From positions 128,001 to 192,000 of the IMG/VR virus record IMGVR_UViG_3300029288_000066: 64,000 nt of DNA, one strand, 5' to 3'. The translations under genes were made by a program, and so were the position numbers. Shown piece by piece: positions 29,578 through 40,324 of this stretch. The stretch is from a virus (lineage: Duplodnaviria > Caudoviricetes). Within the stretch, counting starts at the first letter, position 1. Each line of letters starts with the position of its first letter. Under the pieces are notes generated by a model. That model had not been told where the DNA came from and did no database searches. It worked only from the letters and a program-made list of their open reading frames with translations.

Positions 29578-30371
29578 TATCTTAACTCATCAAATAAGTG
29601 AACTTGACTTTTCGGTACTTCTATAATAACATCATCATATCCCAGTTCTTTCATGGAAATCACTCTATGTCTTCCATCTGAAAATCCAAGTCTTCCATAA
29701 TTTATTGAAACGTATGGAGCTTGAAATTCTACATCACCCCAATCGGTTCTCTGATTTGTTTTTCGGTTTATGTACCTTTGGTCTTTTGAGTAATCCATCC
29801 AATATTGCTTTGCTCTTTCAACTCTTCCTGGATGGTCAGCAGTTTCTCTGGTGTCGAAAGCATAATCTGGTTCGTCTTTTTTGTGTCTGGCCAGTAGTTT
29901 ATTTATATTAACAACAATGAGCGTATCATCTTTAGAGTCCCTAAGTTTATATTTTGAGAGCATGCTCTCTGCAGGTGGATAGTCATTGTTCTCAATTTCA
30001 TCTAATCCTTCATATTCATCTGGTCCTTTAGAGACATAAATTTCTTTGGCTTTTTTTACTTCCCCCGAATAAAAATATTCTCCTGGATTATAAGCATCAT
30101 AAACATTTTCGGTTGGGACAAGCGCTTGAATTACATGGAATGGTTCCTCGTGATATACATGATTATTTTCAGCATGTTCTATTGCAAATTTTTTACTTAA
30201 AGTCACATAATCTTTATCTCTAAATTCAAAAACATCATTTGGGGCTGCTCTATATATTGTAACAAATGGAACGTTCATTTGATTACTCAGGCCTTTTCCG
30301 AGTATCCTTGGGGTTTCATCAACACCAGCCAACTCTTGTAATCTTCTTTTATATGATTCTGATAAGTTCAT
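29577..30371 (-). CDS. ART-like plus ParB/Srx-like domain protein
   Basis: IYRA...DYVTLS; DGRHR; N-terminal LSESYKRRLQELAG. Confidence 0.55.
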   Translation of the reverse strand: MNLSESYKRRLQELAGVDETPRILGKGLSNQMNVPFVTIYRAAPNDVFEFRDKDYVTLSKKFAIEHAENNHVYHEEPFHVIQALVPTENVYDAYNPGEYFYSGEVKKAKEIYVSKGPDEYEGLDEIENNDYPPAESMLSKYKLRDSKDDTLIVVNINKLLARHKKDEPDYAFDTRETADHPGRVERAKQYWMDYSKDQRYINRKTNQRTDWGDVEFQAPYVSINYGRLGFSDGRHRVISMKELGYDDVIIEVPKSQVHLFDELR

Positions 30372-30374
30372 TTT

Positions 30375-31067
30375 TTAATAAGCGTATTTTTTTACTCTAG
30401 AGTCTTGTGAAAAGCTGTATGCATCCGAAGTTTTTGAGTCAAATCCGAAATCAACCACAACAACTCTCGGAACGCCATCTCTCAAAACCTCTCCATAGGT
30501 TGATATTCTTGAGAAATCCCCAGGGAGTGGATATTGAAAATCTTCTGTAAATTGGTTAAGGTCATACGCAAATTCATTTTCGCTTAAATCTCTCCCAGGC
30601 ATTCCCCATCCTACTTTCCCTTGTATGTTTGCCATCCAGGCTGAAACTTCTTCTGGACTAGTACCTGTCAATTCTCTAAATCTTCGTGGAGTTATTTTCT
30701 TTGCAAGTTCCATTTCAATCCACATATCATCATTATCAACATCAAACACTCTTGCTACAACATCATAATTTTGTTTATATGCCCAGGATTCTGCATCATT
30801 TTGAGCACGTCCTCTTTCGTTCAGAGCAACCTTAAGAACCTTTTCGTCATCAATTCTAAAAACTGCTCTTCCGCTTCCCACACCAATTTTACCAAGCAAG
30901 TGTTGTGTTGCATATCTTTGTTTGCCAGCAAAAGACATTATGTTTTTAAATTCTTCAGGATTAAAGTTGGTTGGATAAGCCATTTCATCCATCATAAAGT
31001 CTTGTGCTTCACAAAAAATTTCGTCAAGACATTCTCTTATAACTTTTCTTATGACTTGCTTTTCCAT
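30375..31067 (-). CDS. Protein-kinase-like protein
   Basis: IGVGSGRAVF, VLK, QNDAE, VDFG. Confidence 0.65.
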   Translation of the reverse strand: MEKQVIRKVIRECLDEIFCEAQDFMMDEMAYPTNFNPEEFKNIMSFAGKQRYATQHLLGKIGVGSGRAVFRIDDEKVLKVALNERGRAQNDAESWAYKQNYDVVARVFDVDNDDMWIEMELAKKITPRRFRELTGTSPEEVSAWMANIQGKVGWGMPGRDLSENEFAYDLNQFTEDFQYPLPGDFSRISTYGEVLRDGVPRVVVVDFGFDSKTSDAYSFSQDSRVKKYAY

Positions 31068-31140
31068 TAAAAAAATCTTTTTATATAAATAGTTATAAAA
31101 TGGAAAAACCCCCAGCGTTTTTCGGAGGGGGTTTTTATAA

Positions 31141-31482
31141 AGTAATTTTATGGGAATTCTAGGTTGAGCGTCACCCCTTAGTCCCACCCAAATCTTTTCA
31201 GACATCACCTAGTGAAGGAATGGGTTTATAGGCCAAGTATTATTAAGGCATTTACTTTTCATCCCAGTTTTTTTAAGGTGTTTACTGTTAACCCATAGTT
31301 TTAAGTTTCATGTCAACTCAGAAATTTTAAGCTTTTAAGAAGCTGCTCTAAACCTTCTAACACCCACACTTAAGTTAAGGCTTTAACCGTTAGCGCCAGG
31401 ATGGCCGCAGAGCGTGCAGACCATTTTTTTTGCTGTTTATGAACATAGAAGTATCTCAAATCTTTACCACAAAAAAATTACT
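31141..31482 (-). ncRNA. Scaffold RNA copy 4 (large ~270 nt non-tRNA insert), own transcription unit
   Basis: GTGGTAAAGATTTGAGATACTTC...CTCAACCTAGAATTCCCA; boxA upstream, terminator 31104-31136. Confidence 0.65.
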
Positions 31483-31569
31483 TCAAAGAACTTTATGCTT
31501 GTATAAATATACAAAAATTTCAAATTTCTAATGCAAATATATTACAAACGAAACTCAAATGCAAGTTTT

Positions 31570-31959
31570 TTACTTAAAATATCTAAATCCCTGAAACCCT
31601 TTCATTGGAATTGGTTCAATTTTATGGAAAGGACCAGAGCGTTCAATAAACTTTCCTTTCCAGTTCTTTCCAGATGTCGTACAATCAAAATTCTTTTCTG
31701 ACATTCCCACAATTTCCATCCATCCTATTATAGCTCCATCATAAAGCAAGTAACATTTATTGCCAGGTTTCGTTTTTGGGAAACCGCTTACTTTAAAATT
31801 CATGACCTGCTTATAATCCTTTACAGCATCCAACTCTTTGTTATAATCTTTCCATTGGATTGACTTTGGGATAGTTATGATAATATCCAAACCTTTTTCT
31901 TCGTCTTCGTTTATTCCAGCCAATGCTTGAAGTCTGTTTTTATAATTCTTTGTTATCAT
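31570..31959 (-). CDS. PUA/ASCH-like hypothetical protein
   Basis: PGNKCY...IPMKGFQGFRY. Confidence 0.5.
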   Translation of the reverse strand: MITKNYKNRLQALAGINEDEEKGLDIIITIPKSIQWKDYNKELDAVKDYKQVMNFKVSGFPKTKPGNKCYLLYDGAIIGWMEIVGMSEKNFDCTTSGKNWKGKFIERSGPFHKIEPIPMKGFQGFRYFK

Positions 31960-32253
31960 TTATTATGTCGATTTTTCCCCCATAATATTCATATGGGCAT
32001 TTTTTATCAAAACAATAGTTGGCGAAACCCACTCTTATACCATTCATATTATAAACTATACCTCTCACAGCATGAATATCATCTATGTTGGTTATAATAC
32101 AATATGTTTTTTTATCATCTTTTTCCTGGATTTTCATTCCCACCTTAATGTCCTCGATGGAATAGCCCTTTACAAATTTTCTTGCCATTATGTTTTTTTG
32201 ACGTATACGCAAAAAGATAATAAAAGTTACATATTTATAAAAAAACAAAAAAC

Positions 32254-34254
32254 ATGAATTACTTCTTCAATTCTAACAATAGGATAACTAATGAATTTTC
32301 TTATACAGCATCAACTACCAATCCAATAGGAAATATTACAAAAACATCAGGAATTGGCGTTTGGAATCTAAACGGAGAAAAAATTGTATCCACCAACAAC
32401 ATAGCAACAGAAACTATGACTGGAGCTGGTCCAACTTATTTGATGAAACTATATACAGATTCTTTTGACAAAATAACAGAATTGTCTTTAGGAAGTCTTG
32501 TTGACAATTTAAATATTTCTCAATTTACTAAAATTACTTCTCTCAATACCAATTCTTCTGGTAGTTTAACAAGCATTACAAATCCAAATTCATCTGCTGT
32601 ATTTACATTATATTCCGTAAACAGTTGCGACTTAATTGGGGAATTAGACATAAGCTGCCTGAGTGGAATTGGCGGAACTCTTTTGGCTTATGACAATGGG
32701 AATCTAACAAGCATCAAAAATCCAAATTCTTCTCAAAACATTGACTCTTATCAAGTGTATAACTGCAAATTAACTGGGGATTTAAACTTAAGTGGTTTAA
32801 CTGGTCTTGGTGGTGGATTTACATGTTATTCAAATGCAAATTTAACAAGCATCACCAATCCAATCTCATCTCGTAATTTTACTAATTATTATGCGTACGA
32901 ATGTGATTTAAGAAATTTAAATCTATCTAATTTAAGTGGGCTTGGAGGAGCATTTCGAGCTGATAAAAATTCCAATTTAACAGCAGTAACATTTGCAAAC
33001 TCTTCTGTTGAGTTTAGTCTTTTTTGGATGAACAATTGTGATTTAAAATCCTTAAATCTTTCTGGACTGAGTGCTCTTGGTGGAAATTTACAGTTGGGGT
33101 CAAACTCAGGATTAACTGCAGTAACACTTCCAACATCTTCTACAGTTTTTTCTAATTTTGAAGCGTCTGTTTGTGATTTGAGAAATTTGGATTGTTCTAG
33201 TTTGAGTAAACTAGGAGGAGTTTTTAGAACATATAACAACACTAACTTAACAGCGATAACTTTTACAAGCTCAACTGAAGTATTTACAAACGTCAGTGTT
33301 TTTTCTTGCAATTTAAAAAAATTAGATGTTTCTGGATTTAATAATCTTGGTGGATATTTTGCTGCAAATAGCAATGCGGCTATGACAGCACTAACACTTC
33401 CAATTTCATCACAAGTATTTACCTATTTTGATGTTTCGAACAACTCTGCTCTAATAGATTTAGATTGTTCTGGATTAAGCAACCTGGGGGGCTCCTTCCA
33501 GGCATATTCTACTATACTTATGACTGGAGTAACACTTCCGTCTTCTTCACAAGTTTTTACCGTTTTTGATATTCACAGCAGCAATCTATTTGATTTAGAT
33601 TGCTCTGGATTGAGTAATTTAGGAGGAGATTTTAAAGCCCACTCAATTAAAGATTTAAGTAGTGTTACAAATCCAAATTCATCTCAAGCATTTACTACCT
33701 ATGATGTACACAACTGCAATTTAATTGGAAATTTAAATTTAAGTGGTTTAACTAGTCTTGGTGGAGCTTTTTATTCTTATTCTAATCCACGTTTAACTTC
33801 AATTACAAATCCAAACTCTTCTCGAACATTTACCAACTATCGAACTTATAGCTGCGGCCTAGCTGGTGATTTAGATGTAAGTGGACTAAGTGGATTGGGA
33901 GGAAGTTTTTATGCTTATTTAAACACGGGGCTAACAAGTGTAATACTTCCAGTCTCCACACAAACTTTTAGTAGTATTAAAATATATGATTGTGCAAGTC
34001 TTGGATATGTAAATTTATACCCACTTTCTGGTTCTTCAAGCAACTATATTGATATTGAATTGAATGACAATTCATGGTCAGCAGCAATAGTGAACCAAGT
34101 TTTATATGATATAGACCAAATTGGGTGGACTTTAGGAACTCTATTTATAGCTGGTACAAATTCTGCTCCAGATACTACTTCTGGTGGGTATAATGGAACT
34201 GCTGCAAAATCAAATTTAGTAACAGTGAAAGGGTGGAGTGTCTTTTCAAATTAA
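32254..34254 (+). CDS. Leucine-rich-repeat-like structural protein
   Basis: ~46 aa repeats CDLxxLxxSGLSxLGGxF...NxxLTxxTxPxSS. Confidence 0.75.
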   Translation: MNYFFNSNNRITNEFSYTASTTNPIGNITKTSGIGVWNLNGEKIVSTNNIATETMTGAGPTYLMKLYTDSFDKITELSLGSLVDNLNISQFTKITSLNTNSSGSLTSITNPNSSAVFTLYSVNSCDLIGELDISCLSGIGGTLLAYDNGNLTSIKNPNSSQNIDSYQVYNCKLTGDLNLSGLTGLGGGFTCYSNANLTSITNPISSRNFTNYYAYECDLRNLNLSNLSGLGGAFRADKNSNLTAVTFANSSVEFSLFWMNNCDLKSLNLSGLSALGGNLQLGSNSGLTAVTLPTSSTVFSNFEASVCDLRNLDCSSLSKLGGVFRTYNNTNLTAITFTSSTEVFTNVSVFSCNLKKLDVSGFNNLGGYFAANSNAAMTALTLPISSQVFTYFDVSNNSALIDLDCSGLSNLGGSFQAYSTILMTGVTLPSSSQVFTVFDIHSSNLFDLDCSGLSNLGGDFKAHSIKDLSSVTNPNSSQAFTTYDVHNCNLIGNLNLSGLTSLGGAFYSYSNPRLTSITNPNSSRTFTNYRTYSCGLAGDLDVSGLSGLGGSFYAYLNTGLTSVILPVSTQTFSSIKIYDCASLGYVNLYPLSGSSSNYIDIELNDNSWSAAIVNQVLYDIDQIGWTLGTLFIAGTNSAPDTTSGGYNGTAAKSNLVTVKGWSVFSN

Positions 34255-34265
34255 AATAATATACT

Positions 34266-34556
34266 ATGAATTTTTCTACAACAACGTACAAAATTAATGA
34301 TTTTACTGTTAATAAAGTTACCATAGAACATGGGTGGGTAATGGTTTATGACAACACAGAAAAAATAATCATAACGAGCCCAGTTGAGGTTTCTAATTCT
34401 ATACTTGAAACTACCCATGAATTTTGTGTGAAAGACACTGAGGATGAACTACTCGATATTATCGAGCAGTTAAAACTTTCTAAAATAGAAAATAGTAAAG
34501 AAACTATTATAGACAAAGCAATAAAAGAAACTTCTGAATATATTTCAAATAAATAA
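34266..34556 (+). CDS. Hypothetical protein
   Basis: 96 aa ORF in operon with LRR gene. Confidence 0.55.
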   Translation: MNFSTTTYKINDFTVNKVTIEHGWVMVYDNTEKIIITSPVEVSNSILETTHEFCVKDTEDELLDIIEQLKLSKIENSKETIIDKAIKETSEYISNK

Positions 34557-34607
34557 AAAAAGGCATAGCATTTATACTAGGCCTTTTTTATAAATAAATA
34601 TTAATAT

Positions 34608-35555
34608 TTAATTGATTATAAATTTAGCATCTCCCTTTAATGTTCTCAGTATATATATTCCAGGCTTCATATTGCTTACATCAACTTTATTCCCAACTCC
34701 TTTAATTACTTCTTCTCCAGAAATTGAAAATACTGAAAAAGACGTTTTCTCTGAAATATATAAACAAGTTGTTACAGGGTTAGGATAAATTTTAAAAGTT
34801 GTTTTATTTGGCACACTTTCAACATAAACCCCATCTATAACTACTGTTACTTTATTGGATGACTGCCAACGTTCATGTATACAAGTATCCAACATTAAAT
34901 TGGTAACATATACAATTTTTGCCTGTATACTATAATCACCACTTGCGTATGCTATAAATGATGTATCTGTACCTGTATGAATTAATAACCCATCAAGATA
35001 CCAATATACAGAATCACAGCGTGCACTTGTTCCACCTCCTGAAACATTTACATATATACTAAAGTCAGCAAGAGTTAATGTGTCAGTTTGACTTTTAGAG
35101 CTTCCCCCTAACAACAAAGAGGGGGGTAAAAATTTTGGATAAACAACAGCATATTCAACATCAGCTCCTACAATATATGCAGTTATGGTAATTGGATTCC
35201 CTATAAAAGTTGATGTGTTTGATGGTAGAATATAAGCTATTGTATCGCTATACCAAATTGTATCATTTGTATATGGTGGATTTTGATTATCAATTATCCA
35301 ATAATCCACATTAACCACATCAGATGAGTCATCAAGAAGTTTTGCATAAATTGTATCTCCTCCAACTCCAGAAATACTTGGACTTCTATAATTCGTGTTT
35401 GAGTGCGGGATTGCAATAGGCTGAAGTCCTGACACCCAACTTCCACTGTCATTTAAAAAGGAAATTTCATAATTCTGCGCACTCACTCCTCCGCAAAAGA
35501 TAAGAACCATTGCAATAAGGATAATAAAACTTTTTAACATTCTTTTCGTTTTCAT
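34608..35555 (-). CDS. Secreted protein with T9SS type A C-terminal sorting domain
   Basis: Signal peptide ending AQ; KIYPNPV...GIYIL...KFI. Confidence 0.8.
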   Translation of the reverse strand: MKTKRMLKSFIILIAMVLIFCGGVSAQNYEISFLNDSGSWVSGLQPIAIPHSNTNYRSPSISGVGGDTIYAKLLDDSSDVVNVDYWIIDNQNPPYTNDTIWYSDTIAYILPSNTSTFIGNPITITAYIVGADVEYAVVYPKFLPPSLLLGGSSKSQTDTLTLADFSIYVNVSGGGTSARCDSVYWYLDGLLIHTGTDTSFIAYASGDYSIQAKIVYVTNLMLDTCIHERWQSSNKVTVVIDGVYVESVPNKTTFKIYPNPVTTCLYISEKTSFSVFSISGEEVIKGVGNKVDVSNMKPGIYILRTLKGDAKFIIN

Positions 35556-35620
35556 AATAATAATTTTTAAATTGTTTTTACTATATTATACGAGAAAAAA
35601 TAAAAAAGGTTACATTTTTA

Positions 35621-35821
35621 TTAAACTTTTTTAAATTTATATTTTGGCTTGATAACAGCATCGAAGTAAGCTCCTGGTGATTTAGATTGTGTTATACCAG
35701 CATACACTTCAGGAGGAACAGAAAAATATTTATATTTACCACCTTTAACAAAATCAATTGTTAAAACGTCTGTTGAATCGTTGTATTCCACAGATTTTAT
35801 TCTTGAAGAATTTAATTGCAT
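35621..35821 (-). CDS. KTSC domain protein
   Basis: SSRIKSVEY...F..G..Y.Y..VP...S.G.YF. Confidence 0.85.
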   Translation of the reverse strand: MQLNSSRIKSVEYNDSTDVLTIDFVKGGKYKYFSVPPEVYAGITQSKSPGAYFDAVIKPKYKFKKV

Positions 35822-35833
35822 ACTCTTTTTCTT

Positions 35834-36515
35834 TTAAATATGCAATAATTTCAGATTCCCTTTAAAAACTTGTTTCAGACTTGTCCTTTTACCTGTTACA
35901 TGGTCAACAATTAAGTCACTTTTAAATGTATAAGTCCTTCTTTTCTCTCCCCTGGAGCCAGAACCTATTTGCTTTCTTCTTCCTTCTACTTCTTCTCCAA
36001 TTACACCAGTGCGATAAAATTCATTAACACGTCTATTCAATTCTTTTATTGCTTCGTCTTTATTCTGGTATTGATTACGACCATCACGTACTACTTTAAT
36101 TTTAGTGGCATAATGAGTAACGATAACGCAAGAATCCGTGGTATTTTTGTGTTGCCCCCCGTTTCCGCTTCCTCTCGTTGTCTCCAAACGATATTCATCA
36201 GGATATAAATTTATTTCCTTATAATTGCTTTCTTCTAAAATTGCAACTGTAACTGAACTTGTATGAACTCTACCTTTTGATTCTGTGGGAGGAACCCTGC
36301 TGAATGTGTGTCCCCCAGCTTCTTGTAGAAAATAATTTTTTACGTTAGCGCCGTCAAAGACAAATGGAAATATATCCTTCTCTCTCTTCTAATATTGAGA
36401 AGGAAAAATTTTCAACTCTGGCCGCTTTCTTATAGACATTGGCCAAATCTCTTGCAAGAAGTTTGGAATCCATTCCGCCTTCTGCACTTCTAATTTCAAC
36501 AATTACTTTTTCCAT
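35834..36515 (-). CDS. Class I peptide release factor homolog lacking domain 1, RF1-type PxT motif, split by CTT-TGA-C +1 frameshift
   Basis: EIRSAEGG (frame 0); EAGGH..RVPPTESKGRVHTS and GSGNGGQH (+1 frame); CTTTGAC at 36353-36359. Confidence 0.85.
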
Positions 36516-36565
36516 GTCTTTTAATTTGATATAAATATAATAAAATTTTTCTTAAAATCAAAACA

Positions 36566-36784
36566 CTACACCACTTCTCTTCCCTCACAAAAAAAATCCT
36601 TGCATCTTTGCGGTTTATTATCTTGAATTGCGCATTTTCCATCTTTCAAATATGGACATAAATCTGTCCACATATAATCAATAAAAACAAGCTGCTCTTT
36701 GAACATTTTCAATTCTTTGTTTCCAGAAAGATGAACCAGCCAATGTTTTTCACAACATTTTCCGCAAGCCATGCAGTTTTCCAT
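36566..36784 (-). CDS. CxxCxxCC (YkgJ-like) cysteine-cluster protein
   Basis: CMACGKCC...CPYL...C.I...P..C. Confidence 0.75.
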   Translation of the reverse strand: MENCMACGKCCEKHWLVHLSGNKELKMFKEQLVFIDYMWTDLCPYLKDGKCAIQDNKPQRCKDFFCEGREVV

Positions 36785-36847
36785 TTATACGTATACGTTT
36801 TTTTTTCTTAAAAGTTATTGTTTTTCTCTCTATTTATAAAATGATAA

Positions 36848-38743
36848 ATGATTAATAAAAACAACATGAAGAAACTATTTCTTATACTAGCTTTTTTAGC
36901 ACTCAACGTACTTTCTGTATTTTCTCAAGGTATAGACTGTGCAAGTTCTGACCCCTTCTGCACGGGAACTTCTTATAATTTTCCTGCAAGCACCAATGTA
37001 GCCGATATGGGCACTGTCGGCTGCTTATATACCACGCCAAACCCCGCATTCTATTATTTACAGATAGACCAGTCTGGTTCCATTGACATTACGATGCAGA
37101 GCACCCCGCTTGTTGATATTGACTTTATTTGTTGGGGTCCTTTCCCAAGCTTGGTTGCAGCATGCGCCTCTAATTTAATGACAAATTCTGGAGTTGATTG
37201 TAGTTATTCAACTGCGGCTACTGAAATATGTAATATTCCAAATGCAATATCTGGAGAGGTATATATATTGTTAATTACCAACTATTCAAATACTGTATGT
37301 AACATAGACTTTTCACAAACAGGAGGAACTGGAACCACAGACTGCAGCATTATGTGTTCTAGTCTTTCAAATAATGGTCCTCTTTGTGTTGGACAAACTT
37401 TAAATCTCACATCTACCACAGTTTCAGGAGCAACATATGCATGGACAGGTCCTAATGGGTTCACATCTAATCTTCAAAATCCAACCATATCTTCAGTTGT
37501 GGCTGCAAACGCAGGTGTTTATTCTTGTATTGTAACGGTAAATGGAAATTCTAGCCAACCTTGTACAACAACGGTTGTGGTCAATTTGCCTCCCCTTGTA
37601 ACAGTTAACAGCCCAACAATTTGCGAAGGAGATGATACCGCTTTAACCGCAGGTGGAGCTTCAACATATGTTTGGAGTACTGGAGCGGTAATAAATCCTA
37701 TAACAGTAAATCCACCATCATCAACTTCTTATACAGTTATTGGTACTGATGCAAATGGATGTAAAGACACCACTATTAGTAATGTCACGGTTAATCCGAA
37801 TCCAATTGTAACTGTTAATAGTGCCACAATATGCCAGGGAGAAACACAAATAATAACTGCGAACGGAGCAATATCATACGTATGGGACAATGGTCAAAAT
37901 ATTAATCCTATAAGTGTAACACCAAACACAACTACATCATATACTGTTACTGGAACATCACTTGGTTGTACAGGAACAGCTGTTTCAACAATTACAGTCA
38001 ATCCAAACCCAATAGTAGATATTAACGATACAACAACTTGTTCTGGAATACCAGTTATTCTTACCGCAACTGGCGGAGACACGTATGAATGGAGTAATGG
38101 AAGTCTGTCAAATCAAATATCCGTTAATCCACAATCAACATCTACATACACAGTAACTGCAACCATGAATGGGTGTACTGGAACCGCAATAGGAACAGTC
38201 ACAATTAATGCAACTCCAACAGCTGAGTTTACTGTATATCCAAGCAACATCATACTTAATCAAGGAACATTTGAATTTACAGATGTATCATTAAATGCAA
38301 GCACATGGAGTTGGGATTTTGGAAATGGACAGGTTTCGAATCAGCAATCTCCTTCTTATGGGGGATATACATCCGAGGGAAGCTATCTTGTTTCATTAAC
38401 TGTTACAAACGGAATATGTTCTGATAGTATTGAGCATATGGTTTATGTTGGGGATGTTTATTATTTTTGGGTGCCAAATACGTTCACCCCAAATGGAGAC
38501 GGACACAACGATGTATTTATACCGACGGCATACAATATTGACCTTAACCAATTCTCTATGACAATATACAACAGATGGGGAGAAGAGCTCTATAAAACAT
38601 GTGACATAAGCAAACCGTGGGATGGGAAAAACTTGAAGACAAACTTGGTTTATCCACAGGGAGTTTACTGTTATATTATTTATTTTGTCGGAAATGATAA
38701 CAAGAAACATATCGTTGACGGAAGGATAACTTTGTTACAATAA
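36848..38743 (+). CDS. Secreted PKD/Ig-repeat protein with T9SS type B (gliding-motility) C-terminal domain
   Basis: VPNTFTPNGDGHND...IYNRWGE...WDG...GVY; PKD WDFG. Confidence 0.85.
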   Translation: MINKNNMKKLFLILAFLALNVLSVFSQGIDCASSDPFCTGTSYNFPASTNVADMGTVGCLYTTPNPAFYYLQIDQSGSIDITMQSTPLVDIDFICWGPFPSLVAACASNLMTNSGVDCSYSTAATEICNIPNAISGEVYILLITNYSNTVCNIDFSQTGGTGTTDCSIMCSSLSNNGPLCVGQTLNLTSTTVSGATYAWTGPNGFTSNLQNPTISSVVAANAGVYSCIVTVNGNSSQPCTTTVVVNLPPLVTVNSPTICEGDDTALTAGGASTYVWSTGAVINPITVNPPSSTSYTVIGTDANGCKDTTISNVTVNPNPIVTVNSATICQGETQIITANGAISYVWDNGQNINPISVTPNTTTSYTVTGTSLGCTGTAVSTITVNPNPIVDINDTTTCSGIPVILTATGGDTYEWSNGSLSNQISVNPQSTSTYTVTATMNGCTGTAIGTVTINATPTAEFTVYPSNIILNQGTFEFTDVSLNASTWSWDFGNGQVSNQQSPSYGGYTSEGSYLVSLTVTNGICSDSIEHMVYVGDVYYFWVPNTFTPNGDGHNDVFIPTAYNIDLNQFSMTIYNRWGEELYKTCDISKPWDGKNLKTNLVYPQGVYCYIIYFVGNDNKKHIVDGRITLLQ

Positions 38744-38779
38744 ACACATTTTTATACTATTTATAGAAAATATTTTATC

Positions 38780-39787
38780 ATGGGAAACATAAAGAATTTT
38801 ATTCTAGAAGAATTAAAAAGACTTCATCAAGTAACTTTGTCAGAAATGGCTGGTTATAACTACGAAGAAAAAATGACTGATGACAAAGGAAATACTTTTT
38901 ATATAGGACAGCGCCTTAAAGATAGTGAAGGAAATTCTTTTGTTATAGATGGATTTGAAAAATTCTCAAGAGACAGCATCGGAGTGGACTTAAGAGGACA
39001 AGGTGGTGGTAAAGGGGTTTCTTTGTGGGATTTAAAATATTATAAAATAGTTGAACCAAAAAAAACTATAAAAGACTTCGTTCAAGAAGAGTTGAAAAAA
39101 CTTCATCAAAAAACATTATTGGAAGAAGCAAAAAAACAAATTGAGTCTGAATTGCACATTTTAAACGAAGATGCTGATTTAAGCGGAGGAGGATATCACC
39201 CAGATGCTGACAACGATTGTTTTGTAACAGACAAACCATCTGGCGGATATGATGTTGCATGCTTCGGAAAGTTTGTTGGAAATTTTGAAGAAATTACAAT
39301 GGCATTGGATGCCATTAAAAAGGAAATGGAAAAAGCAAATTTATATCCAACAATATGGTTTAGTTCTGACCACGGTAATGTTTGGCCAATTGATTCGGAA
39401 GGTAATGAATTAAAAGAAACAGCTGGTATTAAAGCACTGTATAGAAACGCTGGAATGCAACCGCCTCATCCAGGAAAAGGTATTCACACAAAGAAATTCC
39501 ATAAATGTGTTACATCAGTTGGTGATGAAAAAGGGAAAAACCCTTATACTATCTGTATGGCCAGCTTGGGAAAAGATAAAGCCGTAAAAGCAGCCCATAG
39601 AACTGATGAACAAATAAATGAAGAATATAATAGGTGGAGTAATTTACAAGACCTAAAAAACAATGACGTTTTTTCAAAAGAAGACCTTAGCAGAATTTTG
39701 GATGCAATTTATCATCAAGTATACGAATCTGATTGGAACACAATACTTGATATAAAAAGATTTTTTAACGTTGCTGATGACAATTAA
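38780..39787 (+). CDS. Late protein with repeated IK(N/D)F(I/V)xEEL motif
   Basis: TATTTATA upstream; motif occurs twice. Confidence 0.6.
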   Translation: MGNIKNFILEELKRLHQVTLSEMAGYNYEEKMTDDKGNTFYIGQRLKDSEGNSFVIDGFEKFSRDSIGVDLRGQGGGKGVSLWDLKYYKIVEPKKTIKDFVQEELKKLHQKTLLEEAKKQIESELHILNEDADLSGGGYHPDADNDCFVTDKPSGGYDVACFGKFVGNFEEITMALDAIKKEMEKANLYPTIWFSSDHGNVWPIDSEGNELKETAGIKALYRNAGMQPPHPGKGIHTKKFHKCVTSVGDEKGKNPYTICMASLGKDKAVKAAHRTDEQINEEYNRWSNLQDLKNNDVFSKEDLSRILDAIYHQVYESDWNTILDIKRFFNVADDN

Positions 39788-40324
39788 AAAAGCCCCACAT
39801 TCTGGGGCTTTTCTTTTTTACGGAAGGTATTTAAAACCTTCTCCATAGAACTTCATCAGTTTTTCATTCCCTGATGCCATTTCGGCATATCCATCCGCTT
39901 TTTTATACGCTTCTGTCTGATTGATTGCAGAGACGTAGAATTGTAGCATATCGCCGCTCGTAAGCTCGATTTCTACCAACCAATATTTCATTGGCTGTTT
40001 CTGGTAATCTTTTTGATTTTCTAACATATTCAAATGTCATTAAGTAACATTGAATATTTTGTTAGCCAGGGCTGAATGACATATGTTTTTGGTTTATTAT
40101 TTAAATATTAATAGTTAATTTATTCAATTTGTTCCAGTCTACTCTTTTCCTTGCAAGAATTTCTTCCTGTTGCCTTAATATATCTTCTGTTCTTTTCTTC
40201 TGTTCGGGAGAATCAAAATCTATTTTATTAACAATAAATTTAGACAATTCTTTTTTCATACTGTATATTTAATAAATATCAAAAAAAAATCCTGACTTTC
40301 TTTGAGAAATCAGGAAGTTTTAAA

